DNA of 64,000 bases from Camelus dromedarius (GCF_036321535.1 NC_087437.1:35094001-35158000), one strand, 5' to 3'. Shown: positions 39,020-51,544, counted from the stretch's first letter. The notes: generated by a model from the sequence alone, not told the origin. Made by a program: numbers and translations.

Positions 39020-39552
39020 TCCAAGAGACAGTCCCCTTTTCTTTCTTTTCAATGAAATGCTTGGTTGTTTTTTTTTTTAATGGTGGCAAAGTGCCTACAG
39101 CTGGGTCTATGCCAAATTTTTAAATCACATTCTTGTATTTTTTAGCTTCTCTTGTTGCTAGCCATGTAACCCAGTTCTGACCAACAAGATGTGGGCAGAA
39201 CATGCTCACAAGCTGGGGAATTTTTTATTTGCCTATAAAAGAGGACAGGAGCAGTTGGTTTGGCTCTGGACCATTCCCCCTCTTTTCCTGCTTTGAAATG
39301 GAGAAGTTCTCTGAAGAGGCAAAAACCATCTTTTCATCACAGGGAGATAGCCACGGGGGCAAAAGCCAGTCTGTGAAGAATACTGAGCAGAAATAAGCAA
39401 GAATCTTGGCCCTTGGGTGTGGCTGAGTAGCTAAACCAATTGCCAATAGCTGCCTAGCTTTGGTTATATGAGAAAAATAAATTCTTCATTGTTTAAGTCA
39501 TGGTTGTTCAGCTTTCTGGTCCTTGCAGACAAAGGTATTCCTACTTGATACA
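39020..39552 (+). mobile_element. Old MLT1 (J/K/L-like) LTR
   Basis: 'gccatgtaacccagttctgaccaacaagatgt', end 'gagaaaaataaattcttcattgtttaagtca...ttcctacttgataca'. Confidence 0.6.
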
Positions 39553-39840
39553 CTCCTATATGCACAGTGCTTCCCACTGTTTCTGTTCATCCCACATCAG
39601 CTGAATTATGCCAACAACCCAATTCAGTTCCTATTGGACAATATTTGCAAAGCATGGCGCTAGCACTGGAATGGGGGTTCTACAAAGATGACTAAGACAA
39701 ATTCCTTGTCTTTAAGTAGCTTGTTATCTAGAAGGGAGAACTAGATACATGTACACACAATGCAACACAGAGTAGGACAGTGTTATGGAATAAGTGCGGG
39801 TTGTCATGGGGTTTTCAGAGGGGTGTGACATAGGTGTGTT

Positions 39841-40050
39841 TTTTGGTTCACAACTTCCTCAGGAATTTCCTGAGTGTAACCTGAAACTGGCACCCATACA
39901 CAAAGGGCAAAGAAAGACCCAAGAAAAGATGCAGATCACTCCAGATTGGTAGGTGGCAGGTTTAATAAGGAAGAGAACTTACTTATAAGGCTTGTCTTGG
40001 GCAGCCACAAGATGAGTGGATTTTCGTGCCCGCCCACCAGATTCTTCAAA
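39841..40050 (-). mobile_element. 3' LTR (partial) of the provirus
   Basis: 'tgtaacctgaaactg...gcagatcactccagattggtaggtggcaggtttaataag' is nearly identical to 44876-44970. Confidence 0.85.
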
Positions 40051-40240
40051 TGGAGGACAGCTTTTCTCATTAGAGACATTTCAGTGTTCCGTAAAGACAG
40101 GCATTGCTGACTATTATTTAAGACTTGCTGGGTGAATTTAGTTAGGGCTTCTATGTGTGCTATAATGTCCTCCAGGCCAATGGAGAGAACAAACAGTGAC
40201 CAAATGATTGTACCGGTGGAACACAGAGTATGTCCACCTA
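40051..40240 (-). pseudogene. Retroviral env TM ectodomain remnant
   Basis: Minus strand translates LFVLSIGLEDIIAHIEALTKFTQQVLNNSQQCLSLRNTEMSLMRKAVL, i.e. fusion peptide/heptad region cut at the start of the LQNR immunosuppressive motif. Confidence 0.7.
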
Positions 40241-40599
40241 ACCTTCAAGAAAAGGAGGTTGGCAGCTTTAGAAACTTGACCTGATTGTACATACCATACA
40301 TGTTGCTTGGGGAGGCAGCACTGTCAGACATGAGGAGGTGGACTGGGGGTGCGATATGCCAGACTAGGTCCTCTACCTTCTCCGCTCTAAATTGTGTGTA
40401 TTCTATTCCAGGTACAATGTGTTTCAATGGGTCTGGCTTGCCGTGGGATGACTGACTCCCAGAGGAGACAAAGTAACTCACTTATCCAGGTGAGACATCC
40501 CACTGCATATTCCAGTTTTTTTCCCCAGGCATGATGGGGCTTGGTGTTCTCAGCAGCATAGCATGTTGACCTATTGTGAGAGTCAGGCAATGGCTTTTT

Positions 40600-42095
40600 C
40601 CTACCATTCTCATACCTTTACAGTATTGGGTGCCTTGTCAGGGGTCCCGCATCTGGCATATGCGGCAACAGGCAGTACTGGTCGGTTATTCACATGTATT
40701 AAAGCCTGAGGAAGTACTTTAGTTCACCCAGCTAAGGTGATTTTACTTGTTAGAAATTTAATCTACTGCTGAATATTCCATTTTTCCTTTCTACCAGCCC
40801 TGTTGCTTGCAGATTATAGGGGAGATGGAAACTCTATTTAATGTCATGTTCTTTTGCCCATCATTATCTTTGTAATGTGATCCTCTGATCACTGTCTATT
40901 CGAACAGGGTATCCATACATGGTACTCGGCTTCTGTAATCCCCTAATAGTAGCAGGCTGGTTTGCATGGCAACAGGTGAAAGCTTAAGTTAAACCAGACA
41001 CAGTGTCCACACAAACCAAGGCATATGTAGAGCCCTCACTCACAGGGAGGGGGCTAATGTAACCAATTTGCCGATCCCTCCCCAGTTGGGAACTGCAGTG
41101 GATGTGTCAGATCACAATGTTGCCTTGGGCGCTGTTTAGAATACACAGGACATGCTGTTACTGCATTAACCAAGTCACTGTGTTTCCAGGGCAATTAGGC
41201 ATCCTTGGCAATATGCCATCCCACCCAAGCAGTGCGGTGGCTGCTGCTTTTATGTACCCAATCTGCTGTAGCTACTGAAGGGTCAGTTGCATGGGCTCAT
41301 TTCTGAGCTGGAGCATCAGGTTCCTGATTGCCAGGGGGTGTCAGTGCCTAATGACCCAGGATGTGGAAAACAGTGAAGACTGCCTCAGGCTTTCGGGGCC
41401 AAACCCAGATGTCCCTTCATACATCCTGACCCCACAAAGACCAACTCATGAATCATCCACCCTTGCTTCCCATTGTCCAGACCTGGGACCAAAATCCGAG
41501 GGGCATTCTCCTCCTCTGTTGTTCTGCCCCAGGTCCTGATCCACACCTTCTGGGGTCACAAACACATCTAACTCAAATGATAGCCCTGCTTGGGAGGTGC
41601 CCAGAGCTTTAATCTGCATCATCAGTATTTTTGCCTTCTCAAAGGTGGCTTGCTCTTCTGATTTCTTTACTGGGTGAACATACTGTGCCAACTAAGGAAT
41701 AAAAGTCCTCTAAAACCCTAAAATTTCTACAAAGCTTTGCATTTCTTTTGCATTCTTAGGGGTTGGATAGGCTTGCAACTTATTAAACACAGCTTCTAAG
41801 ACAACACACATTTTATCTGACCAAACGACTCCCAGAAACATGGTGGTGGTGACTGTGCCTTGAATTTTCTGTGAGTTCACTGCCCATTTTCTCCCTCACA
41901 GATTTCTAGCAAGTCTTCACATGTTAACATTGTATCAGCAGTGTAATGGGCCCATTTTACTGATGTGGGGAAGCAGAACAGGGACAGGTCTTGGCTACCA
42001 TCCCATGACATGTTGTGGGGCTATGCAGGTAGCCTCAGGGAAGCACTTGAGAGGTCCATTGTTGCTCCTCCCATATAAAGGCAAATTTATCTCAG
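40600..42095 (-). pseudogene. ERVL-type pol remnant (RT, tether, RNase H/integrase), disrupted
   Basis: DKFAFIWEEQQWTSQVLP*GYLHSPTTCHG (LPQG motif), WAHYTADTMLT (YxDD position), VNSQKIQG, FLGVVW, QATFEKAK. Confidence 0.85.
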
Positions 42096-42339
42096 TTATC
42101 AGAAACCTGTTCTTGTGAAAATATTTTCTGTGAATCTCCTTGAATATAAAGCACTTTTGCAGGAACCCTTTTTGTCAAGGCATCAGAGTAAAATAATAAC
42201 TATTTGCAAATGACAAAAGATGTAAAAATATGGCCATGGTTAAAGTTCTGATGAGATCTTTATAATGCAATTGTTAAGTGAATTTGGTTATTTCTGTGAC
42301 ATACATTTTAAAATTGTGACTGATAAAACATTATACCAG

Positions 42340-42997
42340 TGTTGCCGGTGGATGCAACCGGTATTCCAGGTTCTTGTCCCGTCCCAGAAAGAATTCAGAG
42401 ACGAGACATAGTGGTTAAAAAAGTAAAGTAAAATTTTATTAAAAGATGGATAGTACACTCTCAAGGGGAGAGCAGGCAGGCTCAGGTGAGCGGCTGCCCT
42501 GTGTTTCTTTGGCAAGTTAGTTACATAGGGTGTAAAAATGAATGGACAGAATATTCATTGGGGAGGGAAGTGTTTGGGGTCGTATTCCCTGATTATCATC
42601 CCAACTCTACCTTCCCAAAGGGAGGAGGGATTTTTGTCTTTATTTAGTCTGGATTGGAAGTGTCATGGGATTGTTACACGATGGGTACTTCTAATCTACA
42701 AGGCTAATTTTATTGAAATGAGGGTATAATGAGCAAAAGGTTACATTCGGACACTGGAAATTCCTGCCTTTCCTCACCTTTCTTTGTCAGTCTCCAGGCT
42801 ACTCATCACCCCTACAGGTATGACCACTTATCAGCCCAAAGATTCCTGCTTTTCTTTCTCTGCCCAGGGACCCCTGGTGCTTACATGATGTATGGTTTCC
42901 TGCATTTGGCTTATGCCCCTCCATTCTGCCCAATTCCTGCCATTTGGTCTGTGTTCCCCTTTCTCTGCTCACATCTAGCTATCTGCCCACTCTAACA
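42340..42997 (-). mobile_element. ERV1-type solo LTR with perfect 4-bp TSD
   Basis: TGTT...AACA termini; TSD ccag at 42336-42339 and 42998-43001; AATAAA on the minus strand; same family as 22335-22840. Confidence 0.9.
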
Positions 42998-43136
42998 CCA
43001 GGACATATCAGATTTTTAGGGATTTCATACAAATACACCTTAAAGAAAGTGTATTCTCCCTTTTTATTTGACAATGCTCCCCATGAAATTTAACATATAC
43101 AAAAAGTTATATAATTGTAAAACACTTAGCTTCTTT

Positions 43137-43308
43137 TTTTTCGGGTGTATATATATATATATTTATTGAAGTATAGTCAGTTTACAATGTTGTGTCAATT
43201 TCTGGTGTACAGCATAATGCTTCAGTCATACATGAACATACATATATTCATTTTCATATTCTTTTTTCACCATAGATTACTACAAGATATCGAATATAGT
43301 TCCTTGTG
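43137..43308 (-). mobile_element. Short young LINE-1 3' tail
   Basis: Perfect TSD cacttagcttcttt at 43123-43136 and 43309-43322. Confidence 0.92.
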
Positions 43309-44270
43309 CACTTAGCTTCTTTAATAGAGAAAATATTCAATTTTCTTAAATAACCAAAGACATAAATATAGAATAAGATAAAGACAAAACACAGAATCTT
43401 TGTTTCTTAGGCAGCAAACATTAAAGGTAAAGAAAAACCTCAGTTTACAATTTCTTATTAAAAGCAGACCAATAATCTAAGAAAAATTTGTCCTTCTAAC
43501 AGAGAGAAAACCAAATTCTAATTTTGCACCAGTGGACTTTTGTTGTTAAAACTCTCCTTTTTAAATTTTTAACTCAAATAAATCTATTTTGACTTTAGAC
43601 TGACTACATATCAATATTTCTTTTCCACAAATCTGCAACTTTCTGTATCCATTCAGCTTTTGTCCTGATTTTTTTTTTTAAGTTGGGACAATCAGGACAA
43701 AATTGATTTCTTTTTTTCTTTATCAAAACAAACCAACAAACAATGTCCTTCATATTCTTTGTCTAAAAAGAAACACATTCTATTTTTCTTATCTATTTTT
43801 CGTATACAGTCATTTTCTTTCACTCTTTTTCTAGTAGTTTTGTAAAAAACCTCGACTCTTTTACAAATCAGTTTTGGTAATATACTCTGTAAGTAGAAAC
43901 CTGTAACGACTGCACAACTTACATCTTAAAGGCATACGTAAACACGCAGACAGACACAAACAGAAACTCCATGACTTCCACTCTAAAACTTTAGCCATGA
44001 ATCAGATACACACTCATATAGCTAAAGCTTTTTACTGGTATTTGTGATCTTTTGGAGGCTGTGGACTAGATTTTGGGGCAAAGGAACTTCTACAGCAGTC
44101 TGTGTTTTAAAAAGCCTTTGCCTACCCACCCATCCCACCCCGCTTTTTCTTCAGTCTCTGTAGGCAATGTTTTGGTTGTCTCCCAGGGTGTTTATATTTC
44201 AAAGACATAATAAGATTTACAACTTCAAAAGACAGAGAAAGAAATTGCTATTTAAATTTTCCTTTGTAGT

Positions 44271-44815
44271 AGGATGGCATACAGCCAGTTCACCTGTTTC
44301 CTCATCAATTACTGTAGCATCCTCCTCTTTAATCTCATCACTTTCCCAGGGATTCCACATCTTAGCACGAAATCAGGCTTTGTCACAAGTGCTTGGACCT
44401 TAATCCGTGGCAACTTTCTCCCTCCTAGCTTTGCAAAATACTACGCTAAGCTCTCCAACTTATTATCCTGCTCTCTCACCTTGTCTGCCAGCCCCAAAGC
44501 TAGCAGAGTAGCGGACAATTGCATGTCTTTCTTTAGCCTCAGCTTTTCTTCCAGCTCTCTAACTCAATCTCCAGCCTGGCTGCACCAGTTTACAGTGAAG
44601 GCCAGCCCACTGCAGCAGCCATTCATTTCCCTTCTTTGCTGCAAGGCACTATGTGCAGTTCCTCAAACAAAAATGCCAGCTGGCGTTCTGGGGGCATCCC
44701 CATATACATGCAGCAGACCACAGGCATCTAACATACAGGCCACCGTTCCCTGCAGACAGGTTGCTGGCCAAGTCGGGATTTCCCCTCTGGATGCCTCTTT
44801 CCCAGTGCACATATA
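44271..44815 (-). pseudogene. ERVL-type gag N-terminal remnant
   Basis: Minus-strand translation VRELEEKLRLKKDMQLSATLLALGLADKVREQDNKLESLA*...IKVQALVTKPDF and frameshifted WNPWESD, similar to ERVL gag KVRAL...W motif. Confidence 0.65.
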
Positions 44816-44821
44816 TTCAGT

Positions 44822-44839
44822 CTCCTGCCTGGCTTGCTG
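44822..44839 (-). promoter_or_regulatory. Primer-binding site, tRNA-Arg(ACG)-like
   Basis: Minus strand CAGCAAGCCAGGCAGGAG vs TGGCGAGCCAGCCAGGAG (14/18), two nt downstream of the LTR end ...CTACA. Confidence 0.7.
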
Positions 44840-44841
44840 AT

Positions 44842-45244
44842 TGTAGATTTTCAGCTTTCTTGGGGGTTTCCCGGCTGTAATCTGAAACTGATGTCTATAC
44901 ACGGAGGGCAGGAAGAGACCCCAAGAAAGAGGCAGATCACTCCAGATTGGTTGGTGGCAGGTTTAATAAGCAAGGGAACTTACTTACCATGCTTGTCTTG
45001 GGTAGCTGCACCCACCTGCCAGATTTTGAAAAGTTTATATAGAGGCCTTCACTGGGTTCAGTCACATATACTGTCCAGATGGTCTCAACAATATCCTGCT
45101 TTCTCAAGGTAATGTCCTTGGAACAGTTCCACGGTGGGAATGGTAGGTGGGGTGTATATTCCAAGGACAGGAGATAGGGTAAAGAGCCTCTGATTGCCCT
45201 GGTTCAGCTTCCGCGTCACGTCTTTTGGATGACCTCCCTCAACA
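44842..45244 (-). mobile_element. 5' LTR of the provirus
   Basis: TG...CA termini; minus-strand TATATAAA (+ strand tttatata at about 45034) and ATTAAA (+ strand tttaat at about 44962). Confidence 0.85.
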
Positions 45245-46061
45245 CTATTGCATCTAATTCCTGGCTGGAGTCATCAGGAGAGATTTCTTAAAGAAGTTGA
45301 GATGAGTCTTGAATGTTGGACTAAATTTTAAGAAGATTGCCTTCTGGGAAGAGAGCCTATTAGAAGGAGAGTCATAGAGGCAGAAACATGCAGAAAATCT
45401 TAGGGAGCTTAGGTTCTACAGCTCTCTGCTTCCACACTCCAGGACCGTGGACCTCTGTCATCCTCCCAGTGAGCAATCCCGTTCCAGCCCTGCATCCTCA
45501 CACATGCTCCTCTTCCTGCTCATGGGTCTCCGCTCTCCTCCAGTCCACTGGCTATCCTGGGAATACTGTTTCCTTAGGAAGAACACCTCTGAGTAGCCAA
45601 ACTCAAGAAGTCCCACCTGCTGTCTCTCTCTTGTACTGTATTCTTTGCCTTTACAAAAATTTATACATTCATTTGTTTAGCAATTGTTAATATTTGTTGA
45701 AGACGTGTTATATTTCAGGCACTGGGTTCCTTTAGTAATTATAAATTTGTGTGTGTTTCTAGTAAACTTTTTATTGAAATACATATACAGGAAAGAGCAC
45801 ATATCAAAATTACAACTTCATGAATAAATGAAACATACACATGTAACCAGCCCCAGATCAAGAAACAGAGTATGACTGGGACCCTCAAAGCCCCATCATG
45901 TTTCAAGCCAGAAGGGTAATTATTATTTTGACTTCTAATAGCATAGGATGATTTTGCCTGCTTTTTGAACTTTTTGTAAGTGACACCATGAAGTATGTAC
46001 CCCTTTGGGCTTGGGTTTCTTTCCATCTAAAAATGATGTATTTAAGAGTGTGAGAATTTTT

Positions 46062-47913
46062 TAAAATTATATAAATTTTAGGTGTACAGCATTATAATTT
46101 GACATTACAAAAGTAATCAGCACCACAAGTCTAGTTACCATCCCTCATCATATAGTTGACCCCCTTATTTCACTGTCCTTCCAACCTCATTCCCTTCTGG
46201 TAACCACTAATCTATTCTCAATATATCTGGGTGTTTTTTTTTAAATTGTTTCTTTTCTTTTTTTCAGATTTCACATATGAGTGAAATCTTATGATGTTTG
46301 TCTTTTGCCGTCTGACTTATTTCACTTAGCATAATACCTTCAAGATTCATTCATTTTGTCCCAAATGACAGGATTTCATTCTTTTATGGCTGAGTATATA
46401 TTCCACTGTATATATAGTGTATATGGTGTGTGTGTGTGTGTATATATATGTATATATATGTATATGTATATATGTATATATATCACTTCTTTATCCATTC
46501 ATCCATTGATGGATACTTTGGTTATTTCCATATCTTGGCTATTGTAAATGATGCTGCAGTGAACATAGGGGTGCATATGTCTTTTCAAATTAATGTTTTT
46601 CTGTTCTTCAGATAAACCCAGAAATGGAATAGCTGGGTCATATGGTAGTTCTATTCCCAATTTTTTTGAGGAAACTCCATACTGCTTTCCCAAAGTGGCT
46701 GTACCAATTTGCAGTCCTACCAATAGTGCACAAGGGTTCTCTCTTCTCTGCATCCTCTCTGACACTTATTTTTTCTTGTCTTTTTGATAATAGCCATTCT
46801 AACAGGTAGAATGTGATATGTCATTATGGTTTTGATTTGCATTTCCTTGATAATTAGTGATTTTCAGCATCTTTTTGTGTGTCTGTTGGCCACCTGTATG
46901 TCTTCTTTGGAAAAATGTCTGTTCAGATCCTCTGCACATTTTTTAATCAGGTTGTTTATTTTTTTTTACATTGAGTTATATGAATTCTTTATGTATTTTG
47001 GATATCAACTCCTTACTGAATATATGATTTGCATATATCTCTCCCATTCATTAGGTTGCCTTTTCATTTTGTTGATGGTTTCCTTTGCTTTGCAAAAGCT
47101 TTTTAGTTTGATGTGGTCCCACTTGTTTATTTTTCCTTTTGTTGCCCTTGCCTGAGGGGACATACCAAAAAAAATACTGCTAAAACTGATGTCAAAGAGC
47201 ATACTGCCTATTTTCTTTTCTTCAGGTCTTACATTTAAGTCTTTAATACATTTTGATTTTGTTTTTATACATGGTTCAAGAGTGGATTGTGTATTTTAGT
47301 GTTACTAATTAGCATCTTTTTATTTCAGCTGAAAGAACTCCTTTCAGCATTTCTTTCTGCTGTTTCAGTAAGGCAAGTCTAGTGATGATGAACTTCCTCA
47401 GCTTTTGTTTATCTGGGAAAGTCTTTATCCTCCTTCATTTTGAAACATAACTTTGACAGATGCAAGTAATCTTGGTTGGCAGTTTTTAGACATGAGCCCT
47501 TTAAGAGCAGGTTTTTTTGTTCCCTGCAGTCCTTTATTTCTGGGTGTATTTATCATTGGTTTCCAAAGTCAGATGTTTTTAGGGCTTATTTTTCTTATCC
47601 AAGATCTAGTGATTGGGGTGCCTGATGTGGAGCTCAGATCTCTCACTCTGCAGGGGAAAGACCCATACTTTTGTTATCCTTCTTGGTTGTGGATCACTGT
47701 GGCTGGGGTGTACATTTTTCTTGGTAAGACCGTATCTCTGCCTCTCCTACCTGTCTCAGTGCTGTCCTTTGACCTTTTGTTGTGGAGGCTCTGTTTGTCC
47801 AGTTTTCTGGTTCCTTTTACAGGGAATTATTCCATATGCAGTTGTAAATTTGTTGTACTTACAGGAAGAAGTGAGTCAGGGTCCTTCTATGTTGCCATCT
47901 TGAGCCCTCCCCC
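46062..47913 (-). mobile_element. Internally deleted LINE-1 with intact 5' end (5'UTR, ORF1 C-terminus, ORF2 C-terminus, 3'UTR)
   Basis: Minus strand begins GGGGGAGGGCTCAAGATGGC; jumps near 47488 and 47280; degenerate TSD gtgtgagaatttttt / atgtgggattttttt. Confidence 0.85.
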
Positions 47914-48158
47914 ATGTGGGATTTTTTTTTAATGTGTAGATTCTGTTGAAAATCTTGATATTCAAAAAAAGTAGTTTCGGATCTATTCTAAAAATTTTGG
48001 TTTCTAAATTAAAATCAGAAGTGTTGATTTTATTGTTAAAAGAAATATTCATTCTTGTAAGACTTGACAGTTTCTACATAAATGATTGTTTGCTAAACAA
48101 AGTATCAAATATACATAGTAGTGTAGAAAGAAAATAAATGGGCATAAATAATTATTTA

Positions 48159-49315
48159 CATATCAAAACAATCAACAAAATGAAAAGACAACTTATGGAA
48201 TGGAAAAAATGTTTGCAAACTGTATATATTTGATAAGAAGTTAATATCCCAAATATATAAAGAGTTCATATAACTCAATAGCAAAACAGACAAACAATCC
48301 AACTAAAAAATGGGCAAAAGACCTGAATCGACTTTTTTTCACATAAGATATATGAATGACCAACAGATGTATGAAAAGATGTTCAACATCTCTAGTCACT
48401 AGGGAAATGCAAATCAAAATCACAGATGAGATATTACTGCATGCCTGTTAGAATGGTCATCATCAAAAAGACAAGAGCTAATAAGTTCTTGGGACAATGA
48501 GGAGAACGGGGAACCTTTTTGCACTGTTGGTAGGGTTGTGAACTGGTGCAACCACTGTGGAAAACTATATGGAGGTGCCTCAAAAAATTAAAAATAAAAC
48601 TACTGTATAATTGAGCAATTTCACTTTGGGGAATATATTCAAAGGAAACAAAAACACTACGTCAAAAAGATTTCTGCACCCCTACGTTCATAGCAGCATT
48701 ATTTACAATAGCCAAGATATGAAAACAACCTAAGTGTCCATCAGTGGAAAAATAGATTTAAAAATTTGTGTACACACACACACACACACACAGAGTAGAA
48801 TATTATTCTGCCATAAAAAACAAGGAAATCCTGCCATTTGCAACAACGTAGTTGGACCTTGAGGCATTATGTTAAATGAAATAAATCAGATGGAGAAAGA
48901 CAAATACCATGTGATTTCACTCATATGTGGAATCTTAAAACAAAACAAGCTCATAGAGGTGGGGTTCCAGGGGAGGTGGAATTGAAAGAAAGTGGTCAAA
49001 GGGTACAAACTTCCAGTTATAAGATACGTAAGTACTAGGGATATGATGTACAATATAGTGACCATAGTGTTAACACTGCTGCCTAACAAATCTGAAACAG
49101 AGTAAATATTAACAGAGTAAATCCTAAGCGTTCTCATCACCAGGAAAATTTTTTTCTTATTAAAAAAATTGTATCTGTATAATGTTATGATGCTAACTAA
49201 ATTTATTGTGACATTCATTTCATAGTATATGTAAGTCAAACCATTACACTGTACACCTTAAACATATACAGTGAACAATATCAATTATATCTTAATGAAA
49301 CTGGAAAAAAAGAAA
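48159..49315 (+). mobile_element. 5'-truncated LINE-1 (ORF2 end + 3'UTR)
   Basis: TSD aaataattattta at 48146-48158 and 49316-49328; standard ORF2 C-terminal sequence. Confidence 0.92.
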
Positions 49316-50204
49316 AAATAATTATTTAACCAATAGCAATAATTTTTTCTTTTTAAAAATTCTTTTTAAAGAATTTTGGATACACAAAGAATGGGAAAAT
49401 ACTGTCATAAGATTTTGCAGCATACAAAAGCATTTGATTCTAATTTATCATTGTTAATACTCCTGTCTTCTTCAGTAGTGTTGGACCTATGTCATCTTCT
49501 GTCAATTCATAGATTTATTAAGTGAACCATAAAGCATGCACGTATGTGGGATAGGTCTTGAGTGCAACATCTGCCATGGACTGCTTTAGTAAGACACAGG
49601 GCTTCAATGTTGATTTCATTTACTAGGTGTATCCTTTTCTTCTGAGCTGGATCATGTTACCCTTCTGGGGCTTCAGTAGGAATGGATGAGCTGCAAGGTA
49701 GACAAATAGTGCAATTAATTACCAGGACAGGCAATAACCAAGGCAAGGCAATTAAGAAAGCCATTCTGACACTGTCAACTTTCAGGGGCTGGGATGGCTT
49801 AGGATACACTGGAAGCCACCTTTCCAATGCAGGCCATATTCTCTAGCACTTCTCTGGAGCATCTTTACCTTTTGTTGAAATTGCTGGCCCTGCACCAGCA
49901 TTGGCTGCCTCAGCCTTAGGTGGGTCATGCTGTTGCCTGTGGTTGTAGCTTGTTCATTTTCTTTGCCATATAACATTCCATTGTTTGAGTCCGCCACAAT
50001 TTATTGATCCATTTTAATGCTGATGAGTTATTATTTTCTTAAACATCTGTCATTCCTCTATGCTGACTCTCAAAATTCAATAGATTTTTGTTGGATAAAT
50101 GGATACTTAGTAGGTGGTATGAGGTAATGCTGGAGAGCTAGTTGGGGCCATATTGTGGAATAATGTATCTGTAGGAAGTGTGCACTAACTCCTTTGGCAA
50201 ACAG

Positions 50205-50460
50205 GCCTCAGGAAGAAGGGGTTAAAACTATGGACTATGGAGCCAGACTCTCTGCGTTTGACAGCCAGTTGTATTTACTAGCAATTATTAGCTATGTAAC
50301 TTGGGGCAACTTACCTAGTCTCTCTGCTTGTTTCCGTGTCAAAAACAAATGGTATAATAGAGTGATTCTGAAAATTAAATGAGTTAATATTTATAAATTG
50401 CTTAGACTAGCACTCAGTGCATAGTAAATTCTACAGCAGTAATTGTTTAATAAAATGAGG
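50205..50460 (+). mobile_element. MIR SINE
   Basis: 'ggttaaaactatggactatggagccagact...tagctatgtaacttggggcaacttacct...aaattaaatgagttaat'. Confidence 0.75.
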
Positions 50461-50984
50461 GTCCACTGTAGCTTTTTGAATGGGAAGGTGGCATTTTTGA
50501 AGCAGGGTGAAAGGTATAATAAAAGACAGGACCAGTGGTGCAGCTATAGCTACTGCTTTAGTTAGGCTGATTCTCATTGACCCAAGGTGTATTGCCTGCA
50601 TAAGAAACACTGGTGAGCAACTCACATGCAGAGAAAAAACTTGTAAATTAGAATGAGAACTTTACAGTTCACAGATTCCGTTCTTTGCATCCATAGACAA
50701 ATTGTGAGTAGGTGGTTTGGCATTATAACCTGTAATTAGTAAACTTTCATCCTTTATAACCACCAGTTAGTGAGTAATCTGTAGTTATTATAGCAGTGGA
50801 ATTTCAGATCAGCAGGAGAGGGATTTCTTTCCATCCCGCTGAAATGGCACAATGTAAAAATCTCCCTTTGCTGCCTATGCATAAGGCTGGTCTGTTGAGA
50901 TTTGCAGGAATTTCCACTGGAAGTTTCCTGCAGTGAAGTTGTGTTGTGCTAGGTTATCCCATTGTGGCCAAACTATGAAACAGT

Positions 50985-51453
50985 AAATATAAAGGAGTCT
51001 GGGAAGAAACAGGTGCTACACTCCAATAGCATGATTTGAAAAGGGTGGAAGAAAAGGACGATTTATGAAGTTAGGAAAAACAACCAAGAATAGTGCAGAA
51101 CCTTAGACTAGAAATCTTAGGAAGACTTGACCACCTTAGACTGAAGGGGCCGTGGGAGGGAGGGCTTACCAGAACCCAAAGAGGGCTGAGGACAGAAGCT
51201 GTGGGCTTTGGTAGAGGGGGCATCTAACCAACGGCTCCCTGCTAAGGAGGGAGCTGTGAGAATGAATACCGGACTGCCTCTTACCCCACCCTCCAGTCTC
51301 CTGCCAGCATGCCACTTGGCTGAACCTGTCTGGAGGTTGCAAGGTGTGGGGGTCTGTGGATGCAGTTCATAAGGGTCAGCCTTCCTTAGGCACAGAGCAG
51401 GTGGAGAAGGCAGAGGCATGGACCTGAAGGAGCAAATAACAAATGTCCAGCAG
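50985..51453 (-). mobile_element. LTR33-like ERVL LTR
   Basis: Minus strand 'tgctggacatttg...ttctccacctgctctgtgcctaaggaaggctgacccttatgaactgcatc' resembles the LTR33 start. Confidence 0.7.
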
Positions 51454-51544
51454 AAACAGGGAACCAGGATGTGGGCCAGACAGCCCATTTGGCTACTTCC
51501 AGGGTCAACCTAACCTCACAAGACAACTGCAATTAATATTTATA

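Larger units (their letters stand above)
42096..44270 (-). mobile_element. ERV1 (MER4-group-like) non-coding internal segment embedded in the class III provirus
   Basis: AT-rich sequence with MER4-group-int-like motifs ('aactatttgcaaatgacaaaagat', 'ttggttatttctgtgacatacat', 'aaagcagaccaataatctaagaaaaatttgtcc', 'aaacttagccatgaatcag'-like); recognised by eye. Confidence 0.6.
39841..45244 (-). mobile_element. Decayed class III (ERVL/ERV-S-like) provirus, internally rearranged
   Basis: Two homologous same-orientation LTRs (39841-40050 partial, 44842-45244), PBS, and gag, RT and env remnants in proviral order on the minus strand; splits an L2 fragment. Confidence 0.85.

Noticed and set aside
22335..42997. 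The two related LTRs as ends of one provirus
   Set aside because: They are in opposite orientations 20 kb apart, and the second has its own TSD.
44274..44840. 188-aa plus-strand ORF as a novel gene
   Set aside because: It is the antisense shadow of the ERV gag remnant.
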